Source: Promethearchaeota archaeon
Lineage (GTDB): Archaea; Asgardarchaeota; Lokiarchaeia; Sigyniarchaeales; SOKP01
Direction: 5' to 3'
DNA length: 22,271 nt
Assembly (NCBI GenBank): GCA_048938855.1
Contig: JBHLLT010000019.1
Coordinates: forward strand, 25,988-48,258
Below the pieces are notes generated by a model. The model searched no databases. It was not told where the DNA came from and saw only the letters and a program-made list of their open reading frames with translations. The position numbers and the translations under genes were made by a program. This document shows positions 18,035 through 22,271 of this stretch, in pieces (position 1 is the first letter of the stretch; each line of letters opens with the position of its first letter).

Positions 18035-20107
18035 ATGTTAAAATCGAACAAATTTTCAACTACTATTTTCTTTTTCATATTAGGTTTGATTTTTATTTGC
18101 TATCCTCTTTATACTTCCTTTAACGTAAATCTTTCGGCTACTAGATCTAAAGAGTCTAAGGATCTATCAGAAATGAGATTGAATACAGCCCAGATAAAAA
18201 ATGAGACAATTAACACTGATGAAACATGGAGTGGTAATATCCTTGTAACCAAGAGTATTACGGTATCTAAAGGGGCGACTCTTACCATTTTACCTGGAAC
18301 AGTTATTAGATTTAAACATTATAGAGGATATAAAGAACCATATTTAAGGTTAAGTCTTTTTGTATTGGGAGCCATAAAAGCACTAGGAGCATCAGATCAG
18401 CAGATTTGGTTTACTTCTGACGCTGAACCGCCTATAAATGGAGATTGGGATGGAATATATATGAATGGTACAACAGGTTCGATATTTAATTATACTATTA
18501 TAGAATATGGACTTGTTGGAATTGTCCAGTTTCACTCTGAATCGATAGTTGCTAATTCAATAGTTAGATGGGTTAATACAGAAGGACTCTATGCAGAATA
18601 TTCTATTGTGGAGTATGTTAATAACACGCTATATGGGAATGGGTATCATGAAATTGCTTTAGAGCAATTTAATAACGCAACGGTCAGAAGGAATATATTT
18701 AAAAATGGAATAGTTGCCTTTCACTCAGAAAATACTAACTCCTATCTTAAAGGAAATTACTTTGTTAATTATACTGGGGATATTGTTTCAATTGCGGCTC
18801 ATTCAAATACAACATTGGAAGAAAATATTTTTGATCCCTCTTTACCTCATCCACGTGTAACAATTACTCCGAATTCAAATGTAACCCTAATTAATAATGA
18901 TAATGGAACAGTTATTACCTTACCAATCCCAGTTTTCGATTATCAAGATTTAAAGAATTATACGTTGGGTTATATTCCAGGGGATCTGTTAGACCAATAC
19001 AATTATATCTATGATCAAATAGATGAAACAAGAAAAGTCATAAAAAGGATTGGGTTAGGATTAAGTTTTGGTTGGGCATTGGAACATGCAATGGGGTATC
19101 TTTGGAGATTTGATTTCTGGAATCCTTCGATTGGAAGTGCGGAGAATTTTATTCGAATGGAACCAGAAACTGGAAATTATATCAATATCCAAAACGATAT
19201 CATTGAAAATGCTAGGGGATTGGCATGGGATGGTGAACACTTCTTTGTATATGACCATAGCCAACTCAAAATATTTAAGATCAACATATCAGGTGCTGCG
19301 ATATCTATACTTGATTCATTTGATTTACCAAAAAAAGAAGAGGGGGGTATACAAGGGTTAACTTCAGATGGACAGTTTCTTTATCTTCCAAGTAGAGGAG
19401 GAGCTTTAGTAAGAAAGATTAATAAAACTGGGGCGATTATCGAGGAATTCCCAGTTCCTGGAGAGGGTATTAGTGGTGGTTTAGTGTGGACAGGCACTCA
19501 TTTCTGGGGTGTCTCTGGAGGGGGAAATTTAACTAAATATACCCATGATTGGCAACAGGTTGTAGGACAGACTTATCCCGTTGCTGATGGTACATGGGCA
19601 ATTGCACATGATGGAGATTACATTTGGGCTCTACAAAGAACGTGTGAAAGCTGGGAAGATGCAAAGATGTTTCAAATTAAACCATTAATCCACACTAAAA
19701 CTGAATACTTAATCGTAAAGAACGATACTATCCACACTATAATTGTTAAATCTAATTCTTCCGACTTTGGGCTTCGGTTTAATGAAACTCGCAAGGAAAT
19801 TAGCTTTGAGATCTACGGTCAAACTGGAACTATAGGAGACGCTTTTATTTTTATTCCCAAATCAGTAGTTTTAAAACCGTACGAAGTAAAAATTGATGGA
19901 ATAACAACTCCTTTTGTTTTAAATGAAGATGATTTAGAGTATAGACTTCATTTAGAATATACACATAGTTACCATGAAATCAAAATTTATTTGATGATTG
20001 AACCTATTAACCCCTCTATCTCATGGTTTCATATTATACCTTTTTCCTTGCTATTCATAGTTCTATTAAGTGTTTGGGTATATCTTCTTAGAAAAAGATC
20101 TCTATGA
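18035..20107 (+). CDS. Multidomain surface protein: right-handed beta-helix, beta-propeller, beta-sandwich and C-terminal TM anchor
   Basis: Signal-like TM, then ETWSG...GATLTILPGT...FTS...GDW-x-GI plus NN-ladder repeats, then GLAWDG/GLTSDG/GLVWTG/AIAHDG blades, then TM with RKR tail. ATG 18035 is more plausible than GTG 17942. Confidence 0.8.
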   Translation: MLKSNKFSTTIFFFILGLIFICYPLYTSFNVNLSATRSKESKDLSEMRLNTAQIKNETINTDETWSGNILVTKSITVSKGATLTILPGTVIRFKHYRGYKEPYLRLSLFVLGAIKALGASDQQIWFTSDAEPPINGDWDGIYMNGTTGSIFNYTIIEYGLVGIVQFHSESIVANSIVRWVNTEGLYAEYSIVEYVNNTLYGNGYHEIALEQFNNATVRRNIFKNGIVAFHSENTNSYLKGNYFVNYTGDIVSIAAHSNTTLEENIFDPSLPHPRVTITPNSNVTLINNDNGTVITLPIPVFDYQDLKNYTLGYIPGDLLDQYNYIYDQIDETRKVIKRIGLGLSFGWALEHAMGYLWRFDFWNPSIGSAENFIRMEPETGNYINIQNDIIENARGLAWDGEHFFVYDHSQLKIFKINISGAAISILDSFDLPKKEEGGIQGLTSDGQFLYLPSRGGALVRKINKTGAIIEEFPVPGEGISGGLVWTGTHFWGVSGGGNLTKYTHDWQQVVGQTYPVADGTWAIAHDGDYIWALQRTCESWEDAKMFQIKPLIHTKTEYLIVKNDTIHTIIVKSNSSDFGLRFNETRKEISFEIYGQTGTIGDAFIFIPKSVVLKPYEVKIDGITTPFVLNEDDLEYRLHLEYTHSYHEIKIYLMIEPINPSISWFHIIPFSLLFIVLLSVWVYLLRKRSL

Positions 20108-20120
20108 CTCTAAAACCTAA

Positions 20121-20376
20121 TTATTCTTCTTTTTTTATCATTTCGAGTTGAGATTCGATTCCAAGAAAATTCGCAACTTCAACTAAAGCTTTCCATTCTG
20201 AATAGACGTTCTGAGCTTCTCTTACTTTTCCTTGTAATACAAGTAGTTTATGCAAATAGCTCTTGGATCCACAAGCCTTACAAACATAGCTAATTTATCA
20301 CCTGCATCTCCGGAATTGACATAGGTTCTCAGAGCATTTGCATATCTGGGTGTGAATCAGGACCTAGGGTATTCAA
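20121..20376 (-). pseudogene. Possible decayed or frameshifted small gene
   Basis: A 57-codon stop-free frame (20121-20294) reads ISYVCKACGSKSYLHKLLVLQGKVREAQNVYSEWKALVEVANFLGIESQLEMIKKEE* with no canonical start, preceded by AGGTGAT. Other short frames lie upstream. Confidence 0.3.
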
Positions 20377-20537
20377 TGTGTCCTGGTTTCAGTTAATATC
20401 TTTTGATTGTCTTCAAGTAATTTTAATTGAATAAGACAAATATTAATCGTATCTGAATAAGTCTCACTTCCACTTCTTTCTTTGATTTCATCTAACTTAT
20501 TTTTAACAATATCATTTATCTCTATTGTTGGACTCAT
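20373..20537 (-). CDS. Unannotated 54-aa RHH/archaeal VapB-antitoxin-like DNA-binding protein
   Basis: MSPTIEINDIVKNKLDEIKERSGSETYSDTINICLIQLKLLEDNQKILTETRTH* matches the TI-x-I...K-x-x-L-x-x-x-K...ETY-x-D-x-I pattern. Confidence 0.7.
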   Translation of the reverse strand: MSPTIEINDIVKNKLDEIKERSGSETYSDTINICLIQLKLLEDNQKILTETRTH

Positions 20538-20768
20538 TTTGCTATATAGCGATGGGAAATGAATTATTTAATTTTTAATATCTCTGAGTTATAATACTTT
20601 AAAGAAATTCATCCAATTACCGAATTAGGATAAAATTGTGAATTCATTAATTTCCTATGAAAAAGTAGTCAAAGTATAAGATTTATATGTCCACATTCCT
20701 TTATTACTAACGAGGTAAAAGGTTTTTAAGAGCAGATTTCAAAGTCACACACATAATTAAAATCTATT

Positions 20769-21383
20769 ATGACAAGATTATCAAAAATATTAAGATTTAG
20801 GAAAGAAAAAAGATCTAAAAAGAAAGCAAGATCAATAAAAGAAGGTAATATAATTTATAGGCCTCCATATAATTATGATCGCACATTAAAGATTGTTTTA
20901 TTGGGACATCCTGAAGTGGGAAAGGCAAATTTATCTCAGAAATTATGTTATAATTCTTTCAATCCTTCAGAGAGATTAGTCATTGGAGTAGAATTTCATG
21001 TTAAAGCCTTGGAAGTAAAAGGCAAAAAAATAAAAATGCAAATTTGGGATATTGCGGGAGAAGAAAGATTCAGCTTTCTTACCCCAACGTATTGTTTAGG
21101 AGCTAATGCAGTGTTAATTGTTTATGATATCACAAACTCTAAAACTGTAGATAAAATAGACAGTTGGATAGAACTAATTAGACAAAAAGCAGGTAATGTT
21201 CCTATTGTATTAATTGGAAATAAGATTGATTTAGAAGATTATCGTGAGATACCTAGAGAAGAAGGATTAAAATTAACACAAGAATATAACTTATCTGGAT
21301 TTTCAGAAATATCCACTAAAACTGGGGAAAATGTTAAGAATTTATTTGAAGATCTTTCAAAATTAATCTTAAATCATTATTAG
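20769..21383 (+). CDS. Rab-like small GTPase (Ras superfamily) with degenerate G1/G2/G3 residues
   Basis: LKIVLLGHPEVGKA, IGVEF, KMQIWDIAGEERF, VYDIT, GNKID, EISTKTGENV. No C-terminal Cys. Confidence 0.92.
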   Translation: MTRLSKILRFRKEKRSKKKARSIKEGNIIYRPPYNYDRTLKIVLLGHPEVGKANLSQKLCYNSFNPSERLVIGVEFHVKALEVKGKKIKMQIWDIAGEERFSFLTPTYCLGANAVLIVYDITNSKTVDKIDSWIELIRQKAGNVPIVLIGNKIDLEDYREIPREEGLKLTQEYNLSGFSEISTKTGENVKNLFEDLSKLILNHY

Positions 21384-21509
21384 TTTTGGATAAAAAATTC
21401 CATTTTAATAATTCTTTCTAGATAATCTATTATACCGTTTTATAATGAAATATAAATATGTATAAGATGATTTTATTAATGATCACAAAATCAAAAAGCT
21501 GAATATTTT

Positions 21510-22271
21510 ATGATTATCATATTATCATATTTTCATACGAAAATTGGACCCTTAATATTTTATTCTTATCCTAAAAAACAATTGGATAAAGAAATAATCT
21601 CTAGAATATATGATATTATGGATCAACCAAGTAAAGAAGAATTTCTAATTCAATCATTTGAAAATCTAAAGCTTTTAAATTATTACTTTCAAATAAATTC
21701 GGAATGGGCGAGAGGATTAAGTGAAATGCTAATGTTATCATTATTGACTTCTCAGCAAATATCACCTGAAATTGAAGAAACTATCTCAAATTTATGTAAA
21801 AAATTTTCAGAAAAAATGCAAACGAGTGAAGACATTTTCACTGGGTTTCATATTAAAGAATTAGATGATTATGATGACAATGATAAAGATCGTATAAGAA
21901 AAAGTGATTTCTTAATTAAGAGTTGGGTACAGGAATTATATTGGGAGGTATTAGAAGTTGTTAGAAAGATTTCGGAAGAAGAAAAAATAACTTTACTATT
22001 AGATGATAGATATATCGTTGAATCTTTAGAAAGAATGTCACATGAAGTAAAGAAGATATGTAACGAGATTAATTCAAGAAAACATTTATCAAGAACAAAC
22101 TCAGTTATTAAAGATGCTATTTCAAATCTAAACAACATAATTGATGATTTATATGAGGGATATATAGAAAAAATGACGGAAGTCAATCTTGAAGATGAAG
22201 AACCCATGTTGACTTCAGAAGTAGAGCATGACACAGACACGCAAAGAAGCAAAAAAGAGTTATTAACAGCT
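21510..22271 (+). CDS. Longin/uDENN (NPRL2/folliculin-like) domain protein, 3'-truncated by the window
   Basis: Open frame to the window end, absent from the ORF track: MIIILSYFHTKIGPLIFYSYP...LNYYFQINSEWARGLSEMLMLSLL... followed by an acidic helical region. Confidence 0.7.
   Translation, partial: MIIILSYFHTKIGPLIFYSYPKKQLDKEIISRIYDIMDQPSKEEFLIQSFENLKLLNYYFQINSEWARGLSEMLMLSLLTSQQISPEIEETISNLCKKFSEKMQTSEDIFTGFHIKELDDYDDNDKDRIRKSDFLIKSWVQELYWEVLEVVRKISEEEKITLLLDDRYIVESLERMSHEVKKICNEINSRKHLSRTNSVIKDAISNLNNIIDDLYEGYIEKMTEVNLEDEEPMLTSEVEHDTDTQRSKKELLTA

Noticed and set aside
1267-19361. Short nested or antisense ORFs in the track (1267, 2873, 4011, 10278, 11122, 11554, 12564, 12758, 13431, 14559, 17583, 19061, 19068)
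   Set aside because: All lie within or largely overlap well-supported genes and show no motifs
21869-22252. 127-aa minus-strand ORF
   Set aside because: Ser/Leu/Phe-rich shadow of the acidic plus-strand longin-like gene
1-22271. Genome-wide TAG recoding, CRISPR array, tRNA/rRNA, IS elements
   Set aside because: TAG ends several genes at natural positions (4164, 8557, 17382, 21383). No spaced direct repeats, structured RNA genes or transposase motifs were seen.

Overview
A very AT-rich, gene-dense prokaryotic window. It is most likely from an Asgard archaeon (Lokiarchaeia-like). This is inferred from a Rab-like small GTPase with no prenylation tail, an adjacent NPRL2/uDENN-longin-like ORF, GGTGA/GAGGT Shine-Dalgarno motifs and archaeal-type housekeeping families. 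In order it contains: a wHTH regulator divergent from an ICMT-family methyltransferase and a membrane protein; a redox trio (Cys-less FAD/NAD oxidoreductase, MTH895-type thioredoxin, and an unannotated 49-aa zinc-ribbon protein ending RSRRRCC); an RNase Z-like MBL hydrolase; a hemerythrin-like protein; a Trp-rich secreted protein; hexulose-6-phosphate synthase; a small membrane ORF and a CruF-like ORF separated by one in-frame TAG; a truncated flavodoxin remnant; an Arg-repeat membrane protein; a UPF0489 gene converging on a HAD-bpsA-speE polyamine operon; a metallophosphoesterase, RNase J-like, HAD, LVIVD and NYN run; a large beta-helix/propeller surface protein; an unannotated RHH/antitoxin-like gene with a decayed region behind it; and a Rab-like GTPase with substituted G1/G2/G3 residues followed by a longin/uDENN-like gene that runs off the window. 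I found no rRNA, tRNA, CRISPR array or transposase. All family calls come from motif recognition by eye, not database searches.
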